From the NCBI GenBank assembly GCA_011391075.1, contig JAABRF010000002.1, positions 5,280-69,279 of the forward strand: a stretch of 64,000 nucleotides of DNA, in the 5' to 3' direction. Made by a program: the position numbers and the translations under genes. This DNA is from Flavobacteriia bacterium. GTDB taxonomy: Bacteria > Bacteroidota > Bacteroidia > Flavobacteriales > Flavobacteriaceae. Below, in pieces: positions 19,006-28,840 of this stretch (position 1 is the first letter of the stretch; each line of letters begins with the position of its first letter). The notes beneath the pieces were generated by a model, which saw nothing but the letters and a program-made list of their open reading frames with translations, was not told where the DNA came from and did no database searches.

Positions 19006-20319
19006 ATGCATTATCTGCCCAATATCTTTTTTGCCGTACTATTGATAATAGGAATCGGTTTTTTTGTAAAAAACATAAAAAAAATAGCTCGTAATATACA
19101 TTTAGGTAAAAATGAAAATCGATTTGATCAAAAACCGGAACGATGGAAAACGATGTTGCTGGTTGCAATGGGTCAATCTAAAATGGTTACACGTCCGGTT
19201 GCAGGTATTTTACATTTCATTGTTTATGCCGGATTCATCATCATCAATATCGAAGTAATTGAAATCATATTGGATGGCTTATTAGGAACGCATCGCCTAT
19301 TTGCTTTTGCAGGCAGTTTGTATAATTTTCTAATAGGATCATTTGAAATACTAGCATTCTTGGTATTGATATCGGTAATTATTTTCTGGAGCAGAAGAAT
19401 GATTTTGAGAATTCCTCGATTTTGGAGTGCTGAAATGACCCAATGGCCTAAGAATGACGCTTTGAATATTCTCTACTTTGAAATGGTCTTGATGAGTTTG
19501 TTTCTGATTATGAATGCTGCCGATCAAAACCTTCAGAAAATGGGTATGGACCATTATGTTCAAGCCGGTAGTTTTCCAATCAGTCAGTTTTTGGCGACTC
19601 TTTTACCTCAAAACGCTACGACATTAATTATTTTGGAACGCAGTGCTTGGTGGATTCATATTTTTGGAATTCTGGTATTTTTAAATTACTTATATTATTC
19701 AAAACATTTACATATTTTATTGGCTTTCCCCAATACATTTTATGCCAATCTCAATCCTAAGGGTCAATTGAACAATTTGGATTCTGTAACCAATGAAGTG
19801 CGTTTGATGATGGATCCCAATGCCAATCCCTATGCAACTCCGGCTGAAGGAAATGTTCCTGAAAAATTTGGAGTAAGCGATGTCACCGATCTCACTTGGA
19901 TTCAACTCATGAATGCCTACACTTGTACGGAATGTGGACGTTGTACTTCCATGTGTCCGGCCAATCAAACTGGAAAGATGCTTTCACCACGAGCCATCAT
20001 GATGAAAACCAGAGATCGATTGGAAGAAGTTGGACGAAACATCGATACCAATGGAAGTTTTGTAGATGACAGCAAACAGTTACTCCATGATTATATCACT
20101 CCCGAAGAGCTTTGGGCTTGTACCAGTTGCAATGCATGTGTGGAAGCCTGTCCGGTTTTAATAGATCCACTTTCCATTATTATTGACATGCGTCGTTATT
20201 TGGTCATGGAACAATCGGCAGCACCTGCTGAACTCAATGCCATGATGACCAATATTGAAAACAATGGAGCGCCTTGGCAATACAGTCAAATGGATCGATT
20301 GAATTGGAAAGATGAATAA
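19006..20319 (+). CDS. Membrane-anchored (Fe-S)-binding protein with two 4Fe-4S ferredoxin motifs (HdrE/GlpC-N-like)
   Basis: About 250 aa of TM helices, then CTECGRCTSMCP and CTSCNACVEACP (CxxCxxCxxxCP x2). Confidence 0.7.
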   Translation: MHYLPNIFFAVLLIIGIGFFVKNIKKIARNIHLGKNENRFDQKPERWKTMLLVAMGQSKMVTRPVAGILHFIVYAGFIIINIEVIEIILDGLLGTHRLFAFAGSLYNFLIGSFEILAFLVLISVIIFWSRRMILRIPRFWSAEMTQWPKNDALNILYFEMVLMSLFLIMNAADQNLQKMGMDHYVQAGSFPISQFLATLLPQNATTLIILERSAWWIHIFGILVFLNYLYYSKHLHILLAFPNTFYANLNPKGQLNNLDSVTNEVRLMMDPNANPYATPAEGNVPEKFGVSDVTDLTWIQLMNAYTCTECGRCTSMCPANQTGKMLSPRAIMMKTRDRLEEVGRNIDTNGSFVDDSKQLLHDYITPEELWACTSCNACVEACPVLIDPLSIIIDMRRYLVMEQSAAPAELNAMMTNIENNGAPWQYSQMDRLNWKDE

Positions 20320-20322
20320 AAT

Positions 20323-20353
20323 CAGAATTCTGAATTCATAATTCAGAATTCTA
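20323..20353. terminator. 14-bp perfect inverted repeat between convergent genes (cagaattctgaatt-cat-aattcagaattctg-like); bidirectional terminator-like
   Basis: Direct reading; contains EcoRI-type sub-palindromes; no clear T-run. Confidence 0.35.
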
Positions 20354-20355
20354 AA

Positions 20356-20742
20356 TTACTCTTTTAGTATTTTCTCAATATTGGGTTTGAAATAATTAGG
20401 ACCTTTCATCACTTTACCATCTTCTCTATAAATAGGTTTGCCGTCAGCACCTAATTTACTCATGTTGCTGCGTTGAATTTCGTCAAATACAGCTTCAATT
20501 TTATATTGCAAACCATGGTCGAGAATAGTTCCACACAAGATATAAAGCATATCACCTAAAGCATCGGCTACTTCTTCCAGATTTCCAGATTCTGTCGCTT
20601 CCAGATATTCTTCATTTTCCTCCTGCATCAAACTAAAACGCAATAAAGATTGTTCTTTACTTATATATGCAACAGGTTTTTCATTGATTCCCAATCCGTA
20701 TGTTTGATGAAATAGTTTAACAGCATCCAATTGTTTACGCAT
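20356..20742 (-). CDS. MazG-like nucleotide pyrophosphohydrolase family protein; start moved to the internal Met to remove overlap with the SDR gene
   Basis: MRKQLDAVKLFHQTYGL...EEYLEATESGNLEEVADALGDMLYILCGT - the EExxE...D all-alpha NTP-PPase signature. Confidence 0.55.
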   Translation of the reverse strand: MRKQLDAVKLFHQTYGLGINEKPVAYISKEQSLLRFSLMQEENEEYLEATESGNLEEVADALGDMLYILCGTILDHGLQYKIEAVFDEIQRSNMSKLGADGKPIYREDGKVMKGPNYFKPNIEKILKE

Positions 20743-20765
20743 ATTTATATCATTTTTTAATAAAG

Positions 20766-21476
20766 TTACATTTTCAACAACAAACTTGAAGGAATGATTT
20801 TCAATACAAGTGCAATCAAAAACCATCTTTTGGTAATATATACCCGCTTTTTTTTCTTTTCAATGGCATGTATGATTTGTTTTGCCGCTTTTTCAGGGCT
20901 AGCCATCCAAAAGGTTTCCCCAATAGCCATATCAGTATCAACAAATCCGGGTCTGACATCGGTTACATAAATAGCTGATTTACTTCTTTTTCCTTTCAAC
21001 CAAAGTGATTCCAAGTAGTTGATTTGAAATGCTTTGGAAGCAAAATAAGCCGGAACATGTCTATTTCCTCTTATACCGGCAATCGAAGAAATACCTACTA
21101 AATGTCCAAAACCCTGTTTTTTGAATAATTGATAAGCCAATCCATATATTTTGACCGCACCCATGATGTTTGTTTCCAATGTAGGCACTTCTTTTGACCA
21201 TTCCAAATCATAATTGGGCTCACCTACTCCCGAACTGTAAATAATTAAATCAATTGTTTTGAGTATTGAAATGGATTCATCAAACATTTCTTCAGAAGCA
21301 TTATAATCCCTGACATCGTGCTGTTTTATATAAATATGATTGGGATATAATTCCTGAACCTCTTGAAGTTTATTTAAACGTCGTCCGGTAATCATGATAT
21401 CATATCCTTTATGAACCAATTGACAGGCCAAGGCGCTACCAATACCTGAACTTCCTCCTATAATTAAAGCTTTCAT
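20766..21476 (-). CDS. SDR-family short-chain dehydrogenase/reductase; start at the internal Met MKALIIGGSSGIG
   Basis: TGxxxGIG Rossmann motif (IIGGSSGIGSALA), NSG-like and YxxxK (YFASK) catalytic motifs. Confidence 0.8.
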   Translation of the reverse strand: MKALIIGGSSGIGSALACQLVHKGYDIMITGRRLNKLQEVQELYPNHIYIKQHDVRDYNASEEMFDESISILKTIDLIIYSSGVGEPNYDLEWSKEVPTLETNIMGAVKIYGLAYQLFKKQGFGHLVGISSIAGIRGNRHVPAYFASKAFQINYLESLWLKGKRSKSAIYVTDVRPGFVDTDMAIGETFWMASPEKAAKQIIHAIEKKKKRVYITKRWFLIALVLKIIPSSLLLKM

Positions 21477-21674
21477 ATTGAAAAATATTAATGCAAATGT
21501 ATTCAAAATAAAAACCGATTGACATCTATATAATAAATTTGCCTTTTTATAGAATAATTTTAGTTAAACTTTTAAAAAATTTGGTTTAACCATTTAAACC
21601 TTATACTTTTGTAGCTACATATCTATTTATTAACAAGTCTCATTTTTTTTTTGAGTTCTATTTAAATTATCTAC

Positions 21675-24371
21675 ATGATGAAAAAATTACTTCTTATTTT
21701 TACCATTTTGTATGCTACAACTAGCTTTGGACAAAATGTATGGAAACAAGCTCAAGTAAACGGTAAGGAATTGGATCCAGCCCGTGTAAATGTAATTGTT
21801 CAACAATTATATGAGTTTGATTTGACACAAATGAAACAATCACTTCAAAATGCTCCTGATAGATTTTCAGGATTGGATGGAATTACAATTACTATTCCAA
21901 ATGTTGAAGGAAAATCAGAACAGTATAAGGTTTATGAATCATCCAACTTTGAACCTGAATTACAGGCTCAATATCCGGATATTCGTTCATATGTGGGATT
22001 TGGAATAGATGATCGCTCGGCTTACTTGAGATTCAGCATCTCTTCAAAAGGAATTCAAACCATGGTATTAAGAGCAGATAAACAATCTGAATTTATTGAA
22101 CCTTATACGCTTGATGGTTCTGTATATGCAGTTTACAATGCTAGAACTCGTAAAGATGGCGAACTTCCTTTTGAATGTCAAACACATGATACAGAGGTTA
22201 TTAATTCGGAGATTTCAACAAATAGAGATGCTTTAGCTAGTAATCAATTATATAAAACATTCAGATTAGCACTATCGTGTACTGGAGAATACACCACTTA
22301 TCACGGTGGTACCGTTGCAGGTGCTTTGGCAGCAATGAATGCAACCATGACTCGTGTTAATGGTGTTATGGAAAAAGATCTTGCCGTACATTTTAACATC
22401 ATCGCAAATAATACAGCTGTTATTTATACCAATGCTTCAACTGACCCTTATTCTATTCCAAGTGTAGGTACAGCAACTGCTAATTATGGAACTTTACAAG
22501 GTTGGAATTTACAACTTCAAAATACGCTAACAAATGTTTTAAACAATGACTATGATATAGGTCATTTGTTTGGAGCGTCTGGTGGAGGAGGAAATGCGGG
22601 TTGTATTGGTTGTATTTGTGTTGATGACACTACTAGTCAAACTGATATGAATAAAGGAAGCGGCTATACTTCTCCAGGAGATGGTAACCCTCAAGGCGAC
22701 ACCTTTGACATTGACTATGTTGTCCATGAAATGGGACATCAATTGGGAGCAAATCATACTTTCTCTCATGCCAATGAAGGTTCAAATGTTCAGGTTGAAC
22801 CAGGTAGTGGTTCTACCATCATGGGATATGCCGGCATCACGAATTACAACGTTCAAATGAATTCTGATGATTACTTTACATACAGAAGTATTTCTCAAAT
22901 TGAAACCAATTTATCTTCAAAATCCTGTTCAGTAAATACTCCAATCACCAATCAATTACCAACAATCACAGTAGGTCCTTCTTCAGCTAATATTCCAAAA
23001 GGTACGCCTTTCAAGTTGGAAGCTATAGCAACAGACCCTGAAAGCAATGTCCTTACGTATTGTTGGGAACAAAATAATTCAGGAACAGCTGCTACAGTTG
23101 CAGAAAATAGTATTGCATTTCCTACAAAAGCGGCTGGCCCAAACTTTAGATCATTCTTACCGGTATCAACAGGAGTTCGTTATTTCCCTGCTTTTTCAAA
23201 AGTACTTTCCGGAAATATATACGACCAATGGGAATCACTATCGGATGTTGCCAGAACATTTGTATTTACCATGACTGTTAGAGACGTTAGTCCGAGTGCT
23301 TCGCAAACCAAAACTGCTAGTAAAGCCGTTATTGTAAGTGGTACTGCTGGGCCATTTAAAGTTACTTATCCTACACTTAGTGCTCCCACAACTTCAGGTG
23401 GCAATATTAATGTCACTTGGGATGTAGCAACTACAAATGCTGCCCCTTTTAATGTAAGCAATGTGAAAATTTCGCTTTCAACTGATGGTGGGGTTAGTTT
23501 TACAACACTTTTGGAATCTACTGCCAATGATGGAACTGAATCAATTACACTTCCCAATGTTACTACTATCAAGGCAATGATAATGATTGAATCAATAGGA
23601 AATGTTTTCTATTGTGTTAGCCCTAAGTTTTTAATTGGTTACACACTCACTCCTGGTTGTATTAATAACTATACTGGTGCTTCCGTGGTAATTCCCGATG
23701 GAACAGGTGCAAATGTATATGGGGCTGTTGTAGAGGCTCCAATTACAGTTTCTTCACCAGTAACTATAGAACAAATAAAAGTAAATGTAAATATAAGTCA
23801 TTCTTATATACAAGATTTAGTTGTTTATTTAGTTGCTCCATCAGGTACAGCATATACATTATGGAACAGACAATGTAATGGTGAAGATGGACTAGTAGCG
23901 ACTTTTACAGCAAGTGGTACGGCAGTAGTGTGTGGAAGTTCTCCAATATCTGGAAATATTTTACCAAATCAATCATTAGCAGCTTTAACGGGAACTTCCT
24001 CTGCTGGAACATGGAAATTAAGGGTCAAAGACGGTTATAACGGTGATACCGGATCTATCATTGGATGGGGTATTGAGTTTTGTAATTCACCTTATACTAT
24101 CGGCATATCAGACTATTCTTTCGACTTCTTTAATATATTTCCAAACCCTTCAGATGGCGTTTTCAATATCAGTTTATATTCGAATAATACAGAAAAAGCA
24201 ACTATTCAACTTTTTGACATGAGAGGAAGATTGATAACTCAAAATATTTTTGATTCATCTGAATCTCAAATCAATACCAGTGTTGATTACAGCAATGTAT
24301 CAGAAGGAATCTATTTGATGAAAATTTCAAAGGGTAACGAAATTGGAACAAAACAAATCGTTATTAAATAA
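21675..24371 (+). CDS. Secreted metzincin (reprolysin/M12B-like) zinc metalloprotease with proprotein-convertase P-like domain and T9SS C-terminal sorting domain
   Basis: Signal peptide; HEMGHQLGANH (HExxHxxGxxH); C-terminal YSFDFFNIFPNPSDGVFNISL...GIYLMKISKGNEIGTKQIVIK, a Por/T9SS CTD. Confidence 0.75.
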   Translation: MMKKLLLIFTILYATTSFGQNVWKQAQVNGKELDPARVNVIVQQLYEFDLTQMKQSLQNAPDRFSGLDGITITIPNVEGKSEQYKVYESSNFEPELQAQYPDIRSYVGFGIDDRSAYLRFSISSKGIQTMVLRADKQSEFIEPYTLDGSVYAVYNARTRKDGELPFECQTHDTEVINSEISTNRDALASNQLYKTFRLALSCTGEYTTYHGGTVAGALAAMNATMTRVNGVMEKDLAVHFNIIANNTAVIYTNASTDPYSIPSVGTATANYGTLQGWNLQLQNTLTNVLNNDYDIGHLFGASGGGGNAGCIGCICVDDTTSQTDMNKGSGYTSPGDGNPQGDTFDIDYVVHEMGHQLGANHTFSHANEGSNVQVEPGSGSTIMGYAGITNYNVQMNSDDYFTYRSISQIETNLSSKSCSVNTPITNQLPTITVGPSSANIPKGTPFKLEAIATDPESNVLTYCWEQNNSGTAATVAENSIAFPTKAAGPNFRSFLPVSTGVRYFPAFSKVLSGNIYDQWESLSDVARTFVFTMTVRDVSPSASQTKTASKAVIVSGTAGPFKVTYPTLSAPTTSGGNINVTWDVATTNAAPFNVSNVKISLSTDGGVSFTTLLESTANDGTESITLPNVTTIKAMIMIESIGNVFYCVSPKFLIGYTLTPGCINNYTGASVVIPDGTGANVYGAVVEAPITVSSPVTIEQIKVNVNISHSYIQDLVVYLVAPSGTAYTLWNRQCNGEDGLVATFTASGTAVVCGSSPISGNILPNQSLAALTGTSSAGTWKLRVKDGYNGDTGSIIGWGIEFCNSPYTIGISDYSFDFFNIFPNPSDGVFNISLYSNNTEKATIQLFDMRGRLITQNIFDSSESQINTSVDYSNVSEGIYLMKISKGNEIGTKQIVIK

Positions 24372-24392
24372 TCAACATAATATTTATTACAA

Positions 24393-24427
24393 TAAAGCCG
24401 GCTTATTTAAGTCGGCTTTTTTTATAT
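24393..24427 (+). terminator. Rho-independent terminator after the metalloprotease gene
   Basis: aaagccggctt-attta-agtcggcttt hairpin (one mismatch) followed by tttttt. Confidence 0.55.
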
Positions 24428-24515
24428 TTAATTTTTTAACTATATTTACAAAAAAAATAACTTCTATCTTAATAACTGTTTTAAAGATAGACTGTTACAT
24501 TTAATTGTCCTTCCA

Positions 24516-25451
24516 ATGAAAAAAACACTAAAAATATCGGTCTTACTGATTTTTCTATTCATAATATCGCTGTATTATATTCCTTTCACTCAAAAATCGG
24601 TCTTTGAATATTACAGTCAAAATGATGCATTCATACAGAACTTACGAGATTTGCAAAGTAAATCCTTAAGAACTGTTCAAGTAGATAATGTTCAATGGAA
24701 ATATTATTCAGGAGGCAACGGTTCAAAATGTATCCTATTCATACACGGTATGGGTGGAAGTTATGATTTTTGGTGGAATCAAATCCAATTTTTCGAACCG
24801 CAGTACAAAGTCATCTCATATACTTTACCCAATGAAATCAATTCGTTGGAAGGAGTAGAAAAAGGTATTTTAGCTATTTTAGCTCAAGAAAAGATAGATA
24901 AATTCATTCCAATTGGAACTTCAATGGGAGGTTATATTACCCAATATCTCCTTAACAAACATCCTGAAAGAATTGAAAAAGCGATTTTGGGAAATACTTT
25001 TCCACCTAATGATTATATTGTAAAAGAAAATGCAACCAATCGCAAACTCATTCCACTATTACCTGAATTTGTGGTAGGAAAATTGGCAGAAAATCATTTA
25101 AAAAAAGACATATTTCCAACTTCGGAAAATCATAAATTATTGGAAGCTTTTCTGCTGAGTGTACCTTTTAGTAAAAAAGGTTTGGCTGCCAGATTTGACG
25201 TAGTAACTGACTATTTTGAAGCTACTTCCGAATTACCGGAAATCAAAGTGATTCCCAAACTCATCTTGGAATCGGATAATGATCCTATGATTACACCACA
25301 ATTGAGAAGCCAACTCAAAAATTTGTATCCCGAAGCTCAAGTTTTTACTTTTCACAACAAGGGTCATTTTCCTTACATCAATGATACTGATACTTATAAT
25401 AAAGTCGTAAATGATTTTTTAATTCAAAATGATAGTATAATCTTACCGTAA
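24516..25451 (+). CDS. Alpha/beta-fold hydrolase
   Basis: ILFIHGMGGS oxyanion region, GTSMGG (GxSxG) nucleophile elbow, and C-terminal H in GHFPYI. Confidence 0.7.
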   Translation: MKKTLKISVLLIFLFIISLYYIPFTQKSVFEYYSQNDAFIQNLRDLQSKSLRTVQVDNVQWKYYSGGNGSKCILFIHGMGGSYDFWWNQIQFFEPQYKVISYTLPNEINSLEGVEKGILAILAQEKIDKFIPIGTSMGGYITQYLLNKHPERIEKAILGNTFPPNDYIVKENATNRKLIPLLPEFVVGKLAENHLKKDIFPTSENHKLLEAFLLSVPFSKKGLAARFDVVTDYFEATSELPEIKVIPKLILESDNDPMITPQLRSQLKNLYPEAQVFTFHNKGHFPYINDTDTYNKVVNDFLIQNDSIILP

Positions 25452-25481
25452 CTATTCAATTTCATTTCTATTAACCATCTC

Positions 25482-25507
25482 GTCCCGATAGCTAAGGGAA
25501 TCGGGAC
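25482..25507. repeat. Copy of the GTCCCGAT...ATCGGGAC palindromic element (stem-loop variant)
   Basis: gtcccgat-agctaagggaa-tcgggac immediately downstream of the hydrolase stop. Confidence 0.55.
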
Positions 25508-25557
25508 TAAATACACTCATTTAACTGATTATCTAAACTTTACATAATTATATACAA

Positions 25558-26130
25558 ATGAAAAAACTCGTACTTTTTCTCGCCTTTCTGATCTTTCATT
25601 TAGGAATGAATGCTCAAATTGAACCCAAATCATTTAACAAAAAAGATCTTGTAACCACAACTACCCAAGAATCCTTTCAATATTTCATGAAAATTGATGG
25701 AATAAATGGGGATTGTAAAGATGCCAAACACCTCAATTGGATCATCTGCTCATCAATATTTTTTGAAATCAAATCCAATATAATTAACGGACAGATTACA
25801 GGAAAACCTGTTTTTACTTTGATGATTTATAAAGGATTGGACGCTACAAGTGGAACCTTATTGGAATCTATGTCACTAAACAAATTATTCCCAAAAGTTC
25901 AAATTGAAGTTGTGCAAAACATAAACAATAAATGGCTTACGGTTATCAAATACGACTTAAAAAATGTAAGAATTTCAAGCTATAGTGTAGGAGAAAATGA
26001 ACCTTCAAATTCATTGGAGGAAAAAATAAATGTGATGTTTGAGACCAATTTGGTAACCAATTACACTTATGATACCAATGGGGTATTGATTTCTACCAAA
26101 AACACTAACTTGGGATTTCCCAATATTTAA
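25558..26130 (+). CDS. Hypothetical secreted protein
   Basis: Signal peptide MKKLVLFLAFLIFHLGMNAQ; no recognisable catalytic motif. Confidence 0.4.
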   Translation: MKKLVLFLAFLIFHLGMNAQIEPKSFNKKDLVTTTTQESFQYFMKIDGINGDCKDAKHLNWIICSSIFFEIKSNIINGQITGKPVFTLMIYKGLDATSGTLLESMSLNKLFPKVQIEVVQNINNKWLTVIKYDLKNVRISSYSVGENEPSNSLEEKINVMFETNLVTNYTYDTNGVLISTKNTNLGFPNI

Positions 26131-26141
26131 AAAGCAAAAAA

Positions 26142-26166
26142 AGAGGCATTAAATGCCTCTTTTTAT
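26142..26166. terminator. Bidirectional Rho-independent terminator between convergent genes
   Basis: agaggcat-taa-atgcctct hairpin flanked by an A-run upstream and ttttatat downstream. Confidence 0.65.
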
Positions 26167-26185
26167 ATATAATTACTTTACTAAT

Positions 26186-26620
26186 TTAAATAGCATTAAC
26201 CACCTTTATCCCTTTGGAAAATTCATCCAAATTGCTTTTTTTGTGAAACAATCGAATCGCTTCATCCGTTACACTCTTGGCGTTTTTAACAGGAAATCCC
26301 AACGATACAGCCAGTTTTTCAATAACCTTTTCTTCATCGGGCGTAATTTCATGGCTCACAAATATGATACCCGTAAAATAGAACAATTGTTCAATTCTAT
26401 CATTGTAATCCAATGGAGGATCTATCGGATAGCGATCAGGGTATTCCAAGATTTTAGTAAACTCAGCATCTTCAATATCCAATTTGAGGGCCATTTTTTT
26501 CAAAAACTTTAACTCAACAGGTTCCAATGCACCGTCAGCAAATGCTAATTTTACCAAAGCAGCAAAATAGGTTTTGGCTTTTTTATGCTCTCCGCTGGTA
26601 AACAAATCTAGTAAAGACAT
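26186..26620 (-). CDS. TerB-like (tellurite-resistance TerB / DjlA N-domain family) small protein
   Basis: 144-aa all-helical protein, YFAALVKLAFADGALEPVELKFLKKMA...EE..V...LA, the two-repeat TerB-like pattern. Pattern-level call only. Confidence 0.4.
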   Translation of the reverse strand: MSLLDLFTSGEHKKAKTYFAALVKLAFADGALEPVELKFLKKMALKLDIEDAEFTKILEYPDRYPIDPPLDYNDRIEQLFYFTGIIFVSHEITPDEEKVIEKLAVSLGFPVKNAKSVTDEAIRLFHKKSNLDEFSKGIKVVNAI

Positions 26621-26714
26621 AATTCTTTTCGTTTTATATTATCGCAAAGTTAAACAAAAAGTTTAGGGAAAAAAAGAAATTTTTAAGATAAGTCGAGAAG
26701 AAATCACAAGCATT

Positions 26715-27653
26715 TTATAATTCGGAAATAATTCTGTCAATTATTACAGAAGTATCAATCAATACCAAACTAAAGACGCCAACTAAAAGAATGATTTTGA
26801 TAACATTATGCAAAAAAACATAATGTGCATTGGTTTTACTGAACCATACTAAAACAGCTACTATGGTAAGTCCAAATACAGCAAATGCAAAATAATATTT
26901 CATTAAGCCTACTTCGGGATATTGAATGATGAAATAAATGGGAAGCAAACTCAACACAATCACCAATGTTATCAAAAGTCGGGTAAAGTATTCACCGTAA
27001 TAAGTTACAATGGTTTGATAATTAAACAGCATATCTCCTTTTAAATTTTCTAAATCTTTAATTAACTCTTTGATGATTAGTAAAAAGAATAAAAAAGAAG
27101 CGTGTACAAAAATGATTTCTTCAAAATTTTTGAAATACGCAAAAATGGCAAAAAAGGGTAAAATACTTAAAAATGCCGCCCCAAAAAGTCCGGTCAAAGG
27201 ATATCTTTTGAGTTTGTGAGAATAAAACCAAATTAGAAAAATATAAACTCCAATAAATAAAGCCGCCCGCCATGAGACCACAAATCCCAAGGCAAAACCA
27301 ATAAAATTTAATAAAAAATAACTCTTTAATTTGGTCTCTTGACTGATAAAAGTATCAATCTGCGTCTTGAGTGGTCGGTTGATGGCATCTTTTCCCTTGT
27401 CGTAAAAATGATTGATGATATATCCTGCAGCAATCACTGCAGAAGTAGCTAAATACAAAGCCCATAGTTTGTAATCAAATAAAACCCGTCCTAAAGTCTT
27501 ATTGGGTGCAAACACAAAAATAGCAGAAAGTAATTGGGCTATAAAGACAATAATCAAGTTGTAAGCCCTAACTACTGAAAACAAACTAAAAAATTTGTAG
27601 TAGAAAGGCGCATTTTTTTTCTTGTTTAATATGGCTTTTTCTAATAAATCCAA
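26715..27653 (-). CDS. UbiA-family membrane prenyltransferase
   Basis: 8-9 TM helices; Asp-rich motif YIINHFYDKGKDAINRP (NxxxDxxxD-like) in the first cytoplasmic loop. Conserved next to mevalonate genes in Flavobacteriia. Confidence 0.6.
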   Translation of the reverse strand: MDLLEKAILNKKKNAPFYYKFFSLFSVVRAYNLIIVFIAQLLSAIFVFAPNKTLGRVLFDYKLWALYLATSAVIAAGYIINHFYDKGKDAINRPLKTQIDTFISQETKLKSYFLLNFIGFALGFVVSWRAALFIGVYIFLIWFYSHKLKRYPLTGLFGAAFLSILPFFAIFAYFKNFEEIIFVHASFLFFLLIIKELIKDLENLKGDMLFNYQTIVTYYGEYFTRLLITLVIVLSLLPIYFIIQYPEVGLMKYYFAFAVFGLTIVAVLVWFSKTNAHYVFLHNVIKIILLVGVFSLVLIDTSVIIDRIISEL

Positions 27654-27733
27654 TAAAGTGAAAGTTAAAGGGAATTGATTTTAAATTGGCGATTGGCTAT
27701 TTTAGATTTCCGATTTTTGATTGGCGATTTTAG

Positions 27734-27751
27734 TCCCGATAGCTATCGGGA
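27734..27751. repeat. Perfect 18-bp palindrome TCCCGATAGCTATCGGGA, the core of the repeated element, flanked by gattttagatt-type direct repeats
   Basis: Direct reading of ttagtcccgatagctatcgggattag. Confidence 0.8.
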
Positions 27752-27790
27752 TTAGATTCTAGATTTGGATTGATCCTGTGGGAAAAAAAA

Positions 27791-28717
27791 TTAAAACCTG
27801 TAAACCAATTCCAATTTAAAATTTTTCAATATTTTTTGGGTTTTTTCGTAATTCTCTGTAAAACCGAGGAAATATCCACCGCCACCCGATCCGCAAAGTT
27901 TCATATAATAATCATCTGTTTCCAATCCTTTTTGCCAAATACCTTGCATTTTTTGTGGAATCATAGGCTTGAAATTACTGAGTGCTACTTTGGACAATTG
28001 TTTGACATTTTGCAACAGCGAATTCACATCTCCTTTTAAAAAATCATGGATACTGGCATCAGTATATTTGGCAAATTCTTCTTTGATCATATTGCGAAAA
28101 CCTTCATTCTTCATTTTTTCCATAAAAATCTCAACCATGGGTGCTGTTTCTCCAACTTGTTCTGAATCAATCAAAAACACAGCTCCTTTTCCCTCTTTTT
28201 GAGAAGGAATACCGGTTGCCTCTAAATCGGTTTTAGAATTGATTAAAATGGGAATACTCAAATAACTGTTCAATGGATCCAAACCCGAACTGGTACCGTG
28301 AAAATAAGATTCCATCGTTCCAAAAATGGTTTTGAGTTTGAGTAATTTATCGCGCGTGAGATTTTCCAAAACCGTAATTTTATCTTCAGCATACTTATCG
28401 TAAATGGCAGCTACGATTGCACCCGAACTACCAACTCCATAACCACGTGGAATACTGGAATCAAAATACATCCCTTCTTGTAAATCTTTTTCAATTTCGT
28501 CAAATCTGAATTGAACCAGTTGTGAATCAATAGTTTTCAAAAAATTTACAAAAACCGATAAATGGGTATGAGATTCTTTCTGAACATCGTCCATCACATC
28601 TGATTTCAACAATGAACCCTTAAAGGAATTATAGGGAATAGCCAAACCTTTGGAATCTTTGATGATACCATATTCACCGAAAAGTAAAATTTTTGCGTAG
28701 AATAAAGGACTTCTCAT
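27791..28717 (-). CDS. GHMP-family kinase, probable mevalonate kinase; start moved to the internal Met MRSPLFYAKILLFGEYGII
   Basis: Gly-rich ATP loop PRGYGVGSSGAIVAAI; N-terminal KILLFGEY motif. Adjacent to diphosphomevalonate decarboxylase. The ORF-track start at 28762 lies inside the palindromic repeat. Confidence 0.6.
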   Translation of the reverse strand: MRSPLFYAKILLFGEYGIIKDSKGLAIPYNSFKGSLLKSDVMDDVQKESHTHLSVFVNFLKTIDSQLVQFRFDEIEKDLQEGMYFDSSIPRGYGVGSSGAIVAAIYDKYAEDKITVLENLTRDKLLKLKTIFGTMESYFHGTSSGLDPLNSYLSIPILINSKTDLEATGIPSQKEGKGAVFLIDSEQVGETAPMVEIFMEKMKNEGFRNMIKEEFAKYTDASIHDFLKGDVNSLLQNVKQLSKVALSNFKPMIPQKMQGIWQKGLETDDYYMKLCGSGGGGYFLGFTENYEKTQKILKNFKLELVYRF

Positions 28718-28747
28718 TTTAGATTTTAGATTTACGATTTTAGATTT

Positions 28748-28793
28748 TAGTCCCGATACCATGCCTGCAGCTTGGCAGGACTATCGGGATTAG
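28748..28793. repeat. Palindromic-element copy with a 22-bp central insertion (tagtcccgata-ccatgcctgcagcttggcagga-ctatcgggattag)
   Basis: Direct reading; the insertion is itself a small hairpin (cctgc...gcagg). Confidence 0.7.
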
Positions 28794-28840
28794 ATTTGCG
28801 ATTAAATGAAATATTCCGACATAATTGTCATATGGGAATC

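Noticed and set aside
28718-28762. ORF-track N-terminal extension of the mevalonate kinase gene (MVSGLKSKIVNLKSK...)
   Set aside because: The extension is a translation of the palindromic repeat element and its gatttt direct repeats. The conserved kinase N-terminus (KILLFGEYGII) follows the internal Met at 28717.
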